Shown piece after piece: positions 35,734 to 48,589 of a DNA stretch of 64,000 nt. The stretch is taken from the NCBI RefSeq assembly GCF_018977255.1, contig NW_024704742.1, positions 120,654,001-120,718,000 on the forward strand, in the 5' to 3' direction. The translations under genes were made by a program, and so were the position numbers. The stretch comes from Callorhinchus milii (taxonomy: Eukaryota). Every line of letters begins with the position of its first letter. Positions within the stretch are counted from its first letter, which is position 1. Under the pieces are notes generated by a model. It saw nothing but the letters and a program-made list of their open reading frames with translations, was not told the DNA's origin and did not search any database.

Positions 35734-37329
35734 TCTGTCTGTCTGTCTGTGTGTATGTGTCTGTCTGTCTGTGAGTGTCTGTCAGTCTGTGTGTGTCAGT
35801 CTGTGAGTGTCTGTCAGTCTGTGAGTGTCTATCAGTCTGTGTGTGAGTGTCTGTCAGTCTGTGTGTGAATGTCTGTCAGTCTGTGTGTGTCTGTCAGTCT
35901 GTGCGTGTCTGTCAGTCTGTATATGTCTGTGAGTGTCTGTCAGTCTGTGTGTGTCTGTCAGTCTGTGTGTGTCTGTCAGTCTGTATATGTCTGTGAGTGT
36001 CTGTCAGTCTGTGTGTGTCTGTCAGTCTGTGTGTGTCTGTCAGTCTGTGTGTATCTGTCAGTCTGTGTGTGTCTGTCAGTCTGTGTGTATCTGTCAGTCT
36101 GTGTGTGTCTGTCAGTCTGTCTGTGTGTATGTCTGTCAGTCTGTGTGTGTCTGTCAGTGTGTGTGTGTCTGTCAGTCTGTGTGTGTCTGTCAGTCTGTAT
36201 ATGTCTGTGAGTGTCTGTCAGTCTGTATATGTCTGTCAGTCTGTGAGTGTCTGTCAGTCTGTGTGTGTGTGTCTGTCAGTCTGTGTGTGTCAGTCTGTGA
36301 GTGTCTGTCAGTCTGCGTGTTGTCTGTCAGTCTGTGTGTATGTGTCTGTCAGTCTGTGTGTATGTGTCTGTCAGTCTGTGTGTATGTGTCTGTCAGTCTG
36401 TGTGTGTCTGTCAGTCTGTGTATGTCTGTCAGTCTGTGTATGTCTGTCAGTCTGTGTCTGTCTGTGTGTATGTCTGTCAGTCTGTGAGTGTCTGTCAGTC
36501 TGTGTGTGTGTGTCAGTCTGTGAGTGTCTGTCAGTCTGTGAGTGTCTGTCAGTCTGTGAGTGTCTATCAGTCTGTGTGTGTCTGTCAGTCTGTGTGTGTC
36601 TGTCAGTCTGTGCGTGTCTGTCAGTCTGTGTGTGTGTGTCAGTCTGTGTGTGTCTGTCAGTCTGTATATGTCTGTGAGTGTCTGTCAGTCTGTGTTTGTC
36701 TGTGTGTATGTCTGTCAGTATGTCTATGTGTATGTCTGTCAGTCTGTGTGTATCTGTCAGTCTGTGTGTGTCTGTCAGTCTGTGTGTGTGTGTCAGTCTA
36801 TGTCTGTCTGTCAGTCTGTCTGTGTGTATGTCTGTCAGTCTGTCTGAGTGTATGTCTGTCAGTCTGTGTGTGTCTGTCAGTCTGTATATGTCTGTGAGTG
36901 TCTGTCAGTCTGTGTGTGTCTGTCAGTCTGTATATGTCTGTCAATCTGTGAGTGTCTGTCAGTCTGTGTGTGTGTGTATATCTGTCAGTCTGTGTGTGTG
37001 TGTGTGTATGTCTGTCAGTCTGTGTGTGTCTGTCAGTCTGTCTGTGTTGTGTCAGTCTGTCTGTGTGTGTGTGTGTGTGTGTCTGTCAGTATCTGTGTGT
37101 GTCTGTCTGTATGTCTGTCAATCTGTGTGTGTCTGTGTGTATGTCTGTGTGTGTGTCTGTCAGTCTGTCTATGTATGTCTGTCAGTCTGTGTCTGTGTGT
37201 CTGTCTGTCTATCTGTGTCTGTCTGTGTGTGTCTGTTTGTCTGTCTGTCTGTGTGTGTCTGTCTGTCAGTCTGTCTGTGTGTGACTGTCTGTGTGTGTCT
37301 CAGTTTGTCTATGTGTGTCTGTCTATCTG

Positions 37330-37362
<33 letters not shown>

Positions 37363-37400
37363 GTCTGTGTGTGTGTCTGTGAGTCTGTCTATGTCTCTGT
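35733..37400. repeat. degenerate tandem repeat, unit about GTCTGTCAGTCTGTGTGT (16-22 bp), grading distally into (TG)n/(TGTC)n
   Basis: Directly visible. It produces the spurious VSLC/CQSV ORFs. Confidence 0.97.
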
Positions 37401-37544
37401 CTGCTGTCTCACTCCCTATATGTCAGCTGTCAATCCTCCAGGATGTCTGCCTGTTCCGTCACACACATATTATTATAACCCTGCCTTTTGATATCACCCC
37501 CACAACACAGGATCTGACAGGTAATTGCTTGCAAGTGTAGTGGC

Positions 37545-37855
37545 TGTGCTACTGTAGGCAGCCACCTTATCCATACCAAAGCCACACAAAGCCGTGAAGT
37601 GAATAACCAATTGATCTGGAGGATTGTTGTCTAGTACAGTACTCACTTCACTTTATGAAGAGCGTTGTGGCATCTTTAACTTCCAGCCGAACAGGCAGAT
37701 GTGTCTTTGTTTAATGTCTCATACACCGGATACGACCTTCGACAATGCAGCTCGTATTTGAGAATATCAACCGAGACTGAGCTAAAAGTCCCAACGTGTG
37801 GCTTGACCATGTAAAAGTCTGACTCAAAAGCAAAAGTACCATCAATTGAACCAAG
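37545..37855 (-). mobile_element. old tRNA-head/Deu-domain SINE (similar pieces at ~18590-18770 and ~44020-44200)
   Basis: TTTAATGTCTCAT...GACAATGCAG...TCTGACTCA...ATCAATTGAACCA is the reverse complement of head plus Deu 5' segment. Confidence 0.6.
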
Positions 37856-38144
37856 TGGGCATGCTTGTGACGTAATATACAAATTCTTACTACTTTTCAG
37901 CTGCAATTATAGTTTGCCTCATAGAACCTAAGGGAACCCTCAAAATAAATATTTGTACTCATGAGACACTCAATTAATAGCCTCCCTGGTTAATGCTAAT
38001 AATTAACTCAAATATGAAGTAACTAGACAACTAGAATACTTATTTTTTTCATCATTGCAACACATAGTGCATTACACGATGATTTTTAACATAATGCTCA
38101 ACTTTAATGAGGGGAAACGCTTTAATAATAATAATATTATTAGT

Positions 38145-38452
38145 GCAGTCTTGTAGCTCAGTGTTTAGAGCACCCACCTCGCAAACGAGAGACCTGGGTT
38201 TGATTCCAGGCAGGGTAAAACCTTGGGCAAGTTTCCTTACTCCACACACCTGATAATAATTCCTCAAGAAAAAAAACAAAAATACATTGGTCACTTCAAT
38301 TCACGATTGTTTGTGGGACTCTGCTGTGCACAATTGGCTGCCGCATTTCGCCCACAAATATACAGTCAATTCACTTTATATTCTCTGAAGCATTTTGAGA
38401 CGTCTAGAAGACGTTAAAAGCATTATATCAAATGCAAAGATTATTATTATTA
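38145..38452 (+). mobile_element. tRNA-derived SINE, short form
   Basis: Head, body and tail as in the other copies. Confidence 0.9.
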
Positions 38453-38914
38453 TACTTGCATTTCATATAGAGCCTATAATGTTGAAATGTCTCAAAATTG
38501 CTTTACAGGTAATTACTGTCAAGTGTAGTAACTGTGTTGGTAGGCAAATGGAGCAGCATTTATGCACAGCACCATGTTAAGCTGGATTTTAGTAGTTAGG
38601 AGAGAAGTTTTGAAGCACCAATGAAACACGTTTTGTATAGTGACGTACATTTTTATATAGTGTATAGCCTGCTCTTGCAGACTCAGAGGATACAGAAGGC
38701 AGAAAACTGAGCCACGGAGGAAGAAGGTCTTTTAGCCTCGGCTGGATAGAGAAGAAGAGGATGAATGGAAAGGGAAATGAGGATGCATGTTGTAATAATT
38801 GCAGTAGTATGGGAATCCTGGAGGTAAGGAATGGGCATTGGCATCTTGGAGAAATAGAACAGATCTCAGTGTCATGTAGTGTACAGAGCTATTTCAGTGA
38901 CAATGATATGAAAA

Positions 38915-39068
38915 TCTTGGAGACAGGTAGAAGCAAGGCAGACACTTTGCAGGACGAAAGGGTAAGGGGGCGGAGGGGGGGGGGGGCTAGTTGGATAGCT
39001 CTTTCAAAGAGCTGGCACAGGCATAATGGGTCGAATGGCCTCCTGTGCTGTAAGATTCTATGATTCCA
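38915..39068 (+). mobile_element. CR1 3' tail (others at ~13100-13330 minus, ~50030-50170 plus, ~61430-61640 plus)
   Basis: GGGTCGAATGGCCTCCTGTGCTGTAAGATTCTATGATTC. Confidence 0.8.
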
Positions 39069-40004
39069 AATGAACCATGTTCTCATGTATTGCCTTGCCT
39101 GAGGTTCACTATTTTATACTCTTATACTCTGGTTTAATACTCATACTGAAACCTAAATAATTCTATTATCCATTCATTTTAATCATCCCTTATTCCAATA
39201 CAAACAAACAGGTTTGCCTACAGATGCACAATCACTACCCTTTTCCAATAAAATTTTAGACATTTGCACAACATGAAAATGTTCTATATCAAATGCAAGG
39301 ATTATTATTATAAATTGAGTTCTATGATTTAACTTTCTTAATATCCAACGCTTGGTATCCACCTTGATTAGTTTGCAGAGAAGTAAGCAGCTGCTGCTCA
39401 AGCTCCACACCCCCAACTGGTGGAACTATTACTCAGGGGAAGGGGTGTGTGTCTGAGCCGTGGGAAGGAAGATGCTGCCAATTCTCTCGTGCATTTCATG
39501 TTGAGCTGTGTTCACCAGGAAGCTCGCAGGGAGTTTCTGGTATCTGCGATCCACCTAATGAGTGCTCAATCTTGTGCTTATCGGATATCAAATATTAACT
39601 TGCTAGGAGTCTAGCAGGAGTCTACAGGCAAGCCTGGGGTTTTGGCCTATGGAAACAGTAACAAATTGTATTTTGTAATTTATTTATTAGTTTATTAAAA
39701 CTAGTTTGATTTATGGGTTTGTGTATGTATTGTATTTTTGTATACACGTATGTGTACACTTCTGGCCCCTCAACATAAGGGGTCCTCCCAGGCCCAATGA
39801 CAGTTCAGAGGGGAGCACCAAGGATGATTTCCATGAGCCACAGTTAGACAAATTAGGACTCCAGTCTTGAAAGAAGACCTTATGGAAACTGTTTCATGTA
39901 AATTACCAGGAAATTAAGGAGTTCTTTGTCCTTGAAACATCCAGTAAAATTGTTAAAAATTGTGAACCATGGCATTCCCTGAATACAATAAAAGTAATGA
40001 ATTG

Positions 40005-40415
40005 GTTGCTTCAATCCACGACTGTTTGTGGGATACTGCTGTGCGCAATTGTCTGCTGCGTTTCGCCCACAAAATATACGGTCAATTCACTTTACAGTAT
40101 ATTCAGGGCGAAACCTTGGGCAAGTTTCCTTACTTCACACGCCTAATAATAATCCCTCCAAAACAATAATAAGTTGGTCATTTTCAATCTACGACTGTTT
40201 GTGGGACACTGCTGTGCGCAATTGGCTGCCGCGTTTCGCCCACAAGTATACAGTCAATTCACTTTAAAGTCTGTTCTGTGAAGCGCTTTGAGATGTCGAG
40301 AAGACGTGAAAAGCGCTATATCAAATGCAAGGATTATTATTATTATATTCTGTGAAGCACTTTGAGGTCTCAAAGACGTGATAAAGTGCTATATCAAATG
40401 GAGGGTTATTATTTA
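40005..40415 (+). mobile_element. compound SINE: body fragment, headless copy and extra tail
   Basis: The CACGACTGTTTGTGGGA segment occurs twice and the tail occurs twice. Confidence 0.88.
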
Positions 40416-40589
40416 TATTATTACAGGAAGGTGATGATTTCCTGTCTACGCTGAGACAGTTAATCTCAGTTGTAGTGGTATCACAATTGACCTCAGTGCT
40501 CCACCTAGGGAAAGAAAGATGAACCATTGCTGGAACATCAATGTGGGTTCTTAGCCAAAAATAACACAACAAAATCTCCCTGGTCTATC

Positions 40590-41230
40590 CCACCAAACCT
40601 GTGCACAACCAAGGCATGCAGTTTGGTCCCCACCTGTCTTTACTACTCTACATCCAGTCCCTGACCAGGACCTCTTCTCCTACTTCTTCACATCACCCAC
40701 CTCTGACCATACCTCATACTCAATGCTGCTAAAACCCTTATCCATGCTTTCGTCACCTCTGCTTCCATTTCTCCAAAGTACTCCTCGCCGGTATCCCCAG
40801 CTCCACCATTCACAAAGTTCGATTTTTCAAAATTCTGCTGCCAACAGAATCATATCCTCACTGAAACAAACTCACATCATGCCAGTCTTTGTCAGGCTCC
40901 ATTGGCTCCCTACCGCAGAATGGATTGATTTCAAGATCCTCACACTTATCTACAAACCACTTCATGTCCTAGTACCTCTCCATTTCTCCAACCTGCTCAC
41001 ACCTCACTCCTACCCACCTCCCTTGCTTAACCGGCTTGGGCCTTCCGTGAGTCACTCAACCCCTCTGCTTCACTATCTATGGCTGGGCCTTCAGTCGCTA
41101 AGCCCCAAACCTCTGGAACTCCCGGCCTCAATCTCTTCACCTTGGCCCCTCTTTGTCATCTTCAGATTGCACCTTTCTCGTTGACCTTACCTCCCCTTTC
41201 TCCCAGGTATCAAACTACGCCACAGTTCAG
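40590..41230 (+). mobile_element. old L2 3' fragment
   Basis: QNSAA...RLHWLPTAEWIDFKILTLIYK. Confidence 0.85.
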
Positions 41231-41413
41231 TGCTTTTAAAGATGAGTTCTGCCAGTTTATCTGTAAATCTGTCTCCCTTTACATAATAAGCAGTCTGAGA
41301 CTGAACAATCCAAATTAAGCTTCAATTAGCTTAGCTCAATATATGATTTTACCCTCTATACATTTCTTTGAAATGAAGGCATCTGTACTGGAGATTGGGA
41401 GATACTATATACT

Positions 41414-41985
41414 GTGCATGAGTTTCTCACCTACCGTCTGGATTACTCAAACACATTCCTCACCGGTCTCCCCAGCTCCACTATACAAAAAATTCAGCTC
41501 ATTCAAAACTCTGCCGCCCGCATACTGACCCGGATCAAACTCCGTACCCACATCTCACCAGTTCTGGCCAGGCTCCACTGGCTTCCCATCACCGAATGGA
41601 TCGACTTCAAGATCCTCACTCTTGTGTTCAAATCCATTCACTCTCTGGCGTCTCCCTACCTCACCGACCTCCTCACTCCCCAATCCACCACCCGGCACCT
41701 CCGCTCGACTGGTACTGGCTTCCTGCTCATCCCTCGCACCCTGCACCTCACCATTGGAGGTTGTGCTTTCAGCCACTACGCGCCAAAGCTCTGGAACACT
41801 CCCTCAAGCCCTCCACCTTACCCGCTCCCCTTTTTCAAGTCCCACCTGAAAAGCTTCCTCTTCGACCATGTTTACTGCCACCTCCCCCCCACCCCCAGCT
41901 TGGAGTCAGGCTCCGCCACTGTTAAACACTCTGAGACGCTACACTGCGCGGAGGGCGTTATATAAGTGCAAGCTGTTGTTGTTGC
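41414..41985 (+). mobile_element. L2 3' fragment
   Basis: RLDYSNTFLTGLP...LHWLPITEWIDFKIL...FKSHLKSFLF, tail and (GTT)n. Confidence 0.93.
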
Positions 41986-42302
41986 TGTAGTAGTGCTCTG
42001 TGTTCCTTTTTCCAACATTTTCATTTTTCAATCAAGAAGTTTAATATCTGCTCTCTTTTGGTCTCAATATATGATTTTACCCTCAGATTGTGCTCTATTT
42101 GCACACATCTCAGACAGAGCTATCTTATCTTAAACATTGACCTGCATGATCAAATCATCCCACATCTTGGCACATTCTGGATCCTATAGAAGCACAGTAT
42201 TCAGGCGCCACCTGGAGGCATTAATGTGTGGATATAAATCTAAATTCAGGGAACAATTGGCATTGGGGGCAAAATCTGTAACCATTTATAATAGGATTAC
42301 TC

Positions 42303-43720
42303 AGGTGATGGATTGGGGAGTGAGGAAGTCGGAGAGATAAGGAGGTGCCAGAGAGTAAATCGATTTGAACATGAGAATGAGGATCTTGAAGTCGATCCAT
42401 TCAGTGATGGGGAGCCAGTGGACCCTGGCCAGAACTGTTGAGATGTGAGTATGGAGTTTGGTCTGGGTTAGTATGCCTGCAGCAGAGTTTTGAATGAGCT
42501 GGATCTTTTGAATAGTGGAGCTGGGGAGACCGGCGAGGAGTGCGTTGGAGTAATCCAAGTGGGAGGTGACAAATGCATGCACAAGGGTTTCGGCTACATT
42601 TGAGGTAAGGTATGGTCAGAGGCGGACAATGTGGTGGAGGTAGAAGAAGGCAGTCCTGGTCAGGGGCTGGATGAGGGGGAGGAAGGACAGCTGGGGTTCG
42701 AACTGGTTGCCTAGGTTGTGCACTGGTTCGGTGAGTCTGAGGGAGAGCCCAGGGAGATTGAAGAGTTTAGATCCGCAGGAGTGAAGACGTTGACGGGAGC
42801 CAAGGAGTATGGCTTCCATCTTGTGCATATTCAACTGCAGGAAGTTTACACTCATCCAGGCCTTGATGTCTGCCAGACAAACAGATAGAGCAGCGACGGA
42901 CCTGGAGTCGATGCTGGAGGAGGCAAAGTAGATTTGTGTGTTATCCGCATACATGTGGAAGTTTATCTAATGTCTGCGGATGACATCGCCCAGAGGGAGC
43001 ATATAGATAAGGAAAAAAAGAGGGACAAGGATGGAGCCCTGGGTACCCCGGAGGTGACCTGGCAGGGGTGGGAGGAGAAACTGTTTACTGAGATGAAATG
43101 GAGGCGGTTGGTTAAGTAGGATTCAAACCGTGCGAGTGCAGTCCCACTAAGGTGGATGAGGGAGGAGAGGTGGTGGAGGAGGATGGCATGGTCGACTGTG
43201 TCGAACACGGCAGAGAGATCCAGGAGGATGAGGAGGCAGAGGGAGCCCTGGTCACGGATAGAGAGGATATTATTTGTGACTTTGACAAGCGCTGTCTCTG
43301 TGCTGTGGACGGGGAAAACCAGACAGCAGAAGCTCGAGGAGGGAGTGGAGAGAGAGGCCGAAGTTGACCTGCAACAATGCGTTACAGGACTTTGGCAAGG
43401 AAGGGTAGGTTGGAGATGGGACCATAGTGTGAAAGATTAGCGGGATCGGTGTGATAACAGCAGTTTTCAGGGGGTGTGGAACAGAGCCTGAGGAGAGAGA
43501 CTGGTTGACTGTGTCGGCCAGCAGAGGGGAGAGGAGGGGAGTTGAGTGACCAGCAGCTGGGTGTGGGGAGGGGAGAGGCAGCAGGTGGTGAACTTCAACC
43601 GGGTGATTGTGGTTGAGAGGGAGGAGGGAGAAATGGGGGCAAAGGAGTGTGAGGAGGGAGGAGTGGCAGGAGCCGTGGCAGAGGGAGAAGGCAGTGTGGA
43701 TGGTCTGGGTGGGGTATATT
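42303..43720 (-). mobile_element. L2 RT fragment lacking its 3' tail
   Basis: FDTVDHAILL, MYADNTQIY and HAFVTSHLDYSNALLAGLP in successive frames. Confidence 0.93.
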
Positions 43721-46499
43721 AGACTTCTTTCTGAGAGATTCATGCTACTGTACCTATTTCAGTATTAAGTAATGAGTCTATGACCTTCTAACTAGAATGA
43801 GATAATCTTTCTTTTAAATGGATGTTTTTGGGGGGAGATGGTGTGCCTCTCCCTTTTATGTGCACAAAGGTCCATTGGTTTACCAAACCACCATCCCATT
43901 GACCACACTTCATAATTTAGAGGGAGCTAAAGGGCATACGTTTAAAATTATAAAATCTTCAGACAGAAACGAATGTATGGAACAGCTTCCCAACAAAAAT
44001 AATATCATGGAATCTTTAATACCAAAGGACATGCAGGCACCACATTGGTTTAACTACCAACGATTGCGCAAATGCTCCTTCAATACTGTGTTGGAGTGTC
44101 AGCTTACAGAAGCTTATGAGCTCAAATCCAGACATGGGCTTGAGCCCAAAATTGTCTTTGATTTAAATGGCAAGGATCCTGCCAGCTGAGTCAAGCTGAC
44201 AAATATCTTGGAAGATATATTTTCTGAACAGGACTGATATATTTCTATTTCTGGTACTGAAGGTGGATCTTATTACTTTCCTCGTTGAGTCTTAGCTTTA
44301 TATTTTCCTGCTGCTAGTTTCTCAGAAACATGAATTTTTACCATGTCACCTGAAGCCATTTTGTACCTTTTTTCTTTTCGTGTTCTTGAAGATAATCTCC
44401 AATTTATTTGCAGATATCAAAATTAATTGCATATTAGCTCACTTAGAGAAAATGAAGATACCATTGATTGATCTTGAATAACTGGCCTTGGTAAAGGTGA
44501 TAAAATATAATTAGGTGTAAGCCTGGCTCAGTTGGTAGCACTCTCACCGACGAGTTAAAGTGAGGTGACTGTGTAAACTGTATATTTTGTAGGTAAGTGT
44601 ACTATAGGTCCTTGGTTTAAAATCTCATTCAAAGGAAAGCACATCAAACAACGAAGCACACCCCCATATCAGGGCATTTTGAACTCATAGATTAGGCTGA
44701 CACTCCAGTGCAGTTCTGGTGATTGCTGCATGGTTGCAGGCGCTGTCATTCAAATTAAATGTTAAACCAAGGTCCCATGGCAATATTCAAAAAGAGAGGG
44801 AAATTTCTCCAAGTATCGGGCCAATAAACCCCAGATAAAATGTGCCATTTACTGTATGCAAATTGGCTGTATTGTTTGCCTGCAAAATATATAGTCACTA
44901 AACTTTATAGTAAATCCTGTGAAGTGTTTTGAGATGTGAAAGGAAATATATCAAATGTAAGGATTATTATTATAATATTTCTGCTAAAACACGCTGTGGA
45001 GCCATCTTATATTGTAAAGAATATGCATTCAACCTAGTTCTTCTGAAAGGAAATCTGGAATGTATCATTGGCTAAAAGATAAGATATTCACCCACAAAAT
45101 ATACAGTGAATTCACTTTATAGTATGTTCTGTGAAGTGCTTTAAGAAGTCTCGAAGACGTGATAAGGTGCTATATCAAATGCAAGGACTATTATTATATG
45201 TGCTGGTTTCTTTTTTATGAAACAACATATAGTTTGAACAGCAAAGAGCACTTTTGAACAGCAAAGCGCATGAATGCCTTTATCCTTTCAGTCTGAGTTT
45301 ACAGGTGTTTTCTTCTTTTATAAATGTTTCCTTTGGTACATCCATGAAGGGGTCACATACCACCTGTAGATGAAAAGAAGGTGCAACACCAGTTCCTGGA
45401 CCTCTTGTACTGCTTCTCTAAACCACCAGGAGGTGCGCGAGATCTACCAGGCGAAGGCTGATCTGATCATTTTTCCTGCCTTTCTCCAGTCACCTTGGCT
45501 TTGTTCATCGTCTACTCGCACAAGCAACATTGTCGAATGAAAGCCACTTCTTGGATTCACACTATGTTACTCCATGAGGCTATGCCACCAGAACACTCCT
45601 ATTCATTAACTTAATCATTTTTTTGTGGTAGTGCGTTCTGTTTGCATACCCACCTTTCTCTAAATAGTGATTTCCTAATCAAAGTTGTGTCATTGTGGCC
45701 AGGTAAGAAGCAAAAAATAGGCAATTTGCCACATGATGAGTGAGAACCAACGGGTGAGTATTTGAAATTACTAAGGCAGAATAGTACAAAGAAAGGTTGT
45801 TGGCTGAAGAGTTGTTTCCTAGGCTTGCATTTGTTCTCGCCCTTGAAACCTCCCGTGAATATTTTGAGTACAGTGAAGTTCATTTTTTTTAATGAATTGG
45901 AGAGTAGAACTTCCAGTGGACACCAAAATGATAATTCTGAATCGAAGGTACACTGAATGGACAGGTTTGTACACATCTTTTTCTAGATTTCCAGATTATT
46001 GAGCAGATTCTAATTTTACTGTATTGCCTTTGAGCATTAAGTAACAATTTAATTTTAAAACAAATTTTTGTTTTGTAACAGACCAAACTGCAGCTCTATT
46101 ATCTTTCTCAAGGTTGTCTCATTGTCGTTGATAACAACAACAACAAGGTTACATTTGTATAGCGTCTTTCACGTCGGGAGGACGTCCCAAGGCACTGGAC
46201 AGAGTACAGCATTTGGGGTTGGGGGTAACGGAGGGGAGGTTATTTTTCAAAAAACAATCTAGCAACAGGTGTTCTTAAGTGTAAATGTTGGGTAAAAACG
46301 TATAATTTGAATGTCATGGAGTGTTATGATCCTTTCAGAGGTGTGTCTAGCAGCAGTGATGAATGTGTATTTCTATTGCATTTGGCATTGTAAAGAGTTG
46401 TAATAATTTCACTTGGTCCTTTGTTGCCTTTGATCTGGCAAAATTATTTAACTCTACTACTTGGGCCAATAGAAGAGTGCCGCCGCAATGTTTCTGTGG

Positions 46500-47055
46500 A
46501 ATCCGCTACAAACATTCCCATCCACCACAAACACTCCCCTCCGCTACAAACACCCCCTGTGCCACAAACACTCCCTCTGCCACAAACACACTGCTAAAAA
46601 CACTGTACTCCACACAACCTCCACTACAAACAACCCCTACGCTACACACAACCCATCCGCTACAAACAATCTCCTCGGCTACAAACAACACCCTCTGTCT
46701 GCTACAACAACACCCTCTGCTACAAACAACATCCTCTGCTACAAACAACCCCCTCCACTACAAACAACCCCTTCCACTAAAAACAACCCTCTCCACTACA
46801 AACACTCTCCTCCGCTGCAAAACAACACCCTCCGCTATAAACAACCCCCTCCACACAAACACTCCACTCTGTTACAAACAATCCCTCCGCTATAAACAAC
46901 CCCTTTGCTACAAACAAACCCCTGTACTACAAACACTCCACTCCGCTACAAACAATCCCTCCGCTATAAACAACCCCCACTGCTATAAACACCCACTCCA
47001 TTACAAATACCCTCTCTGCTTCAAACATACCCCTCCCTTACAAACATCGGCCTCC
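46500..47055. repeat. degenerate minisatellite, unit about CCCTCCGCTACAAACAAC (18-21 bp)
   Basis: Visible periodic CTACAAAC / CTATAAAC. Confidence 0.92.
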
Positions 47056-48029
47056 AATGTACATTACAAAATTGCTGGCAGTTTTAGTTCATAGTACTTG
47101 AAACTGGGTTATTTTTTATTTTATTTTCCTTGCATTTGTTATAACGCCTTTCACAAGAAGGGTATAGTATAAAGTGCACTGATTATATATTTTGTTGGTG
47201 AATGTTGCAGCCAATTTGCACGCAGCAATATCCCATAAATGGCCATAAAGTGTACGGTTGATAGTATTGAGGCGATTCTAAATTCATTTCACATTGCATT
47301 CTCACATTCAGTTTATACTGCTGTAGACTGGATTTGTATTTTGCCTTTCAAGTCATTATCACAGAAGGTTGAAAACTCAGATAGTGCACAACTGTGCAGA
47401 GTTCCACCATCTGCTTTCTAATAAAATTTAAAATGGTCTCTTAAATGTCTTGGGATCATCCTAGTTGTACTTTTGAGGAGAAGCCAAATTGATTCTTATC
47501 ACCTGCAATTATGCTGCAGCAATGTAAATTGATAGTGTGGTGAAACCATCTCCTCAAGATAGGTTTGACAGCTGGGCTCTTGTGCAATCTATTTATGAGC
47601 ATATGTCTCAGACCTTACTTGTACTGTTTTTTTGCAACAATTAGGGATATATAAACTGGACATTGTCAGTTTAACAAGTTAACAACAAGATTCATCGCAT
47701 AATCTGCTGGGTCTCACAACGGAATTTAAAATATGCAGGTAACTGGACATGATTAACTCACACACTAGCAACTTCTATGAAATTTAAATAAGTATGAATG
47801 TTCCTGCAAACAAATGCCAGGTAATCCCGTGAAGGAGTTAAAACTGGGGTTCCCAAACCAATTGGAACAATTGCCTCTTTGATGGAATTACCAGGTAGAT
47901 CTAATTGACAACCTGTCAGACAATTTGCACATCCTTCCTGACAGACTCTAGACTACTGTTCCAAAGTACCAAGTGCCCTGCTTTCAAATGGACCTACAAT
48001 GGGAAAAAATATTTATAATGGTGTACACC

Positions 48030-48450
48030 CTGCTTACACCCCACCCCTCTATCAACCCCAGTTGCTCAGCTGGTTCTGGCTTCCTGCTGGTCCCCTCAGC
48101 TCCACCATCAGCAGCCATGCTTTCAGCCATTATACTCTGATACTCTGGAAGTCTCTACCTCAATCCCTCTGCTTGATCCCTCCTTGCTCATCTTCAGATC
48201 ACACCTGAAGATCTTCTTTGACCATAACTACAATCTGTCTCGCCAGCTCGGAGTCAAGCTCCGCCACTGTTAAAGACCTCTGCTGAAGACCTTTCTTCTC
48301 TGCTGAAGACCTTTCTTTTCGACAGCGCCTTTGGTCACCTTCCCCCCCCCTCCCCCTGGCTCGGTCCCGGGATCCATTACTGTAAAGCGCTCTGAGGTGC
48401 CGTCCGGCATGGAGGGCGCTATATAAATCCAAGTTGTTGTTGTTGTTGTA
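48030..48450 (+). mobile_element. two L2 3' ends in tandem, with a 20-bp duplication CTCTGCTGAAGACCTTTCTT
   Basis: ORF2-end and tail motifs repeated; (GTT)n at ~48433-48448. Confidence 0.75.
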
Positions 48451-48589
48451 AAGCAAGCTCTTAAGCACTCCAAGATTATATTGGTGTGAAGGGTGTTATA
48501 TAAATGAAAGTTGTTGTTGTATAGGCATATATTGTAAATACATTCAAGTTTTTTAAAAAAAATTAAAACCCCAGCACAGACAGAATATG

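Noticed and set aside
35265..35806. Pro/Gly/Arg-rich ORFs
   Set aside because: Expected from the GC content of the CpG island; no recognisable domain.
35733..37400. CRISPR-like repeat/spacer array (also 46500-47055)
   Set aside because: Contiguous degenerate units without unique spacers, in a vertebrate context with no cas genes.
35869..37540. Long Cys/Val/Ser-rich ORFs
   Set aside because: Artefacts of the stop-poor TG/TC satellite, open in several frames at once.
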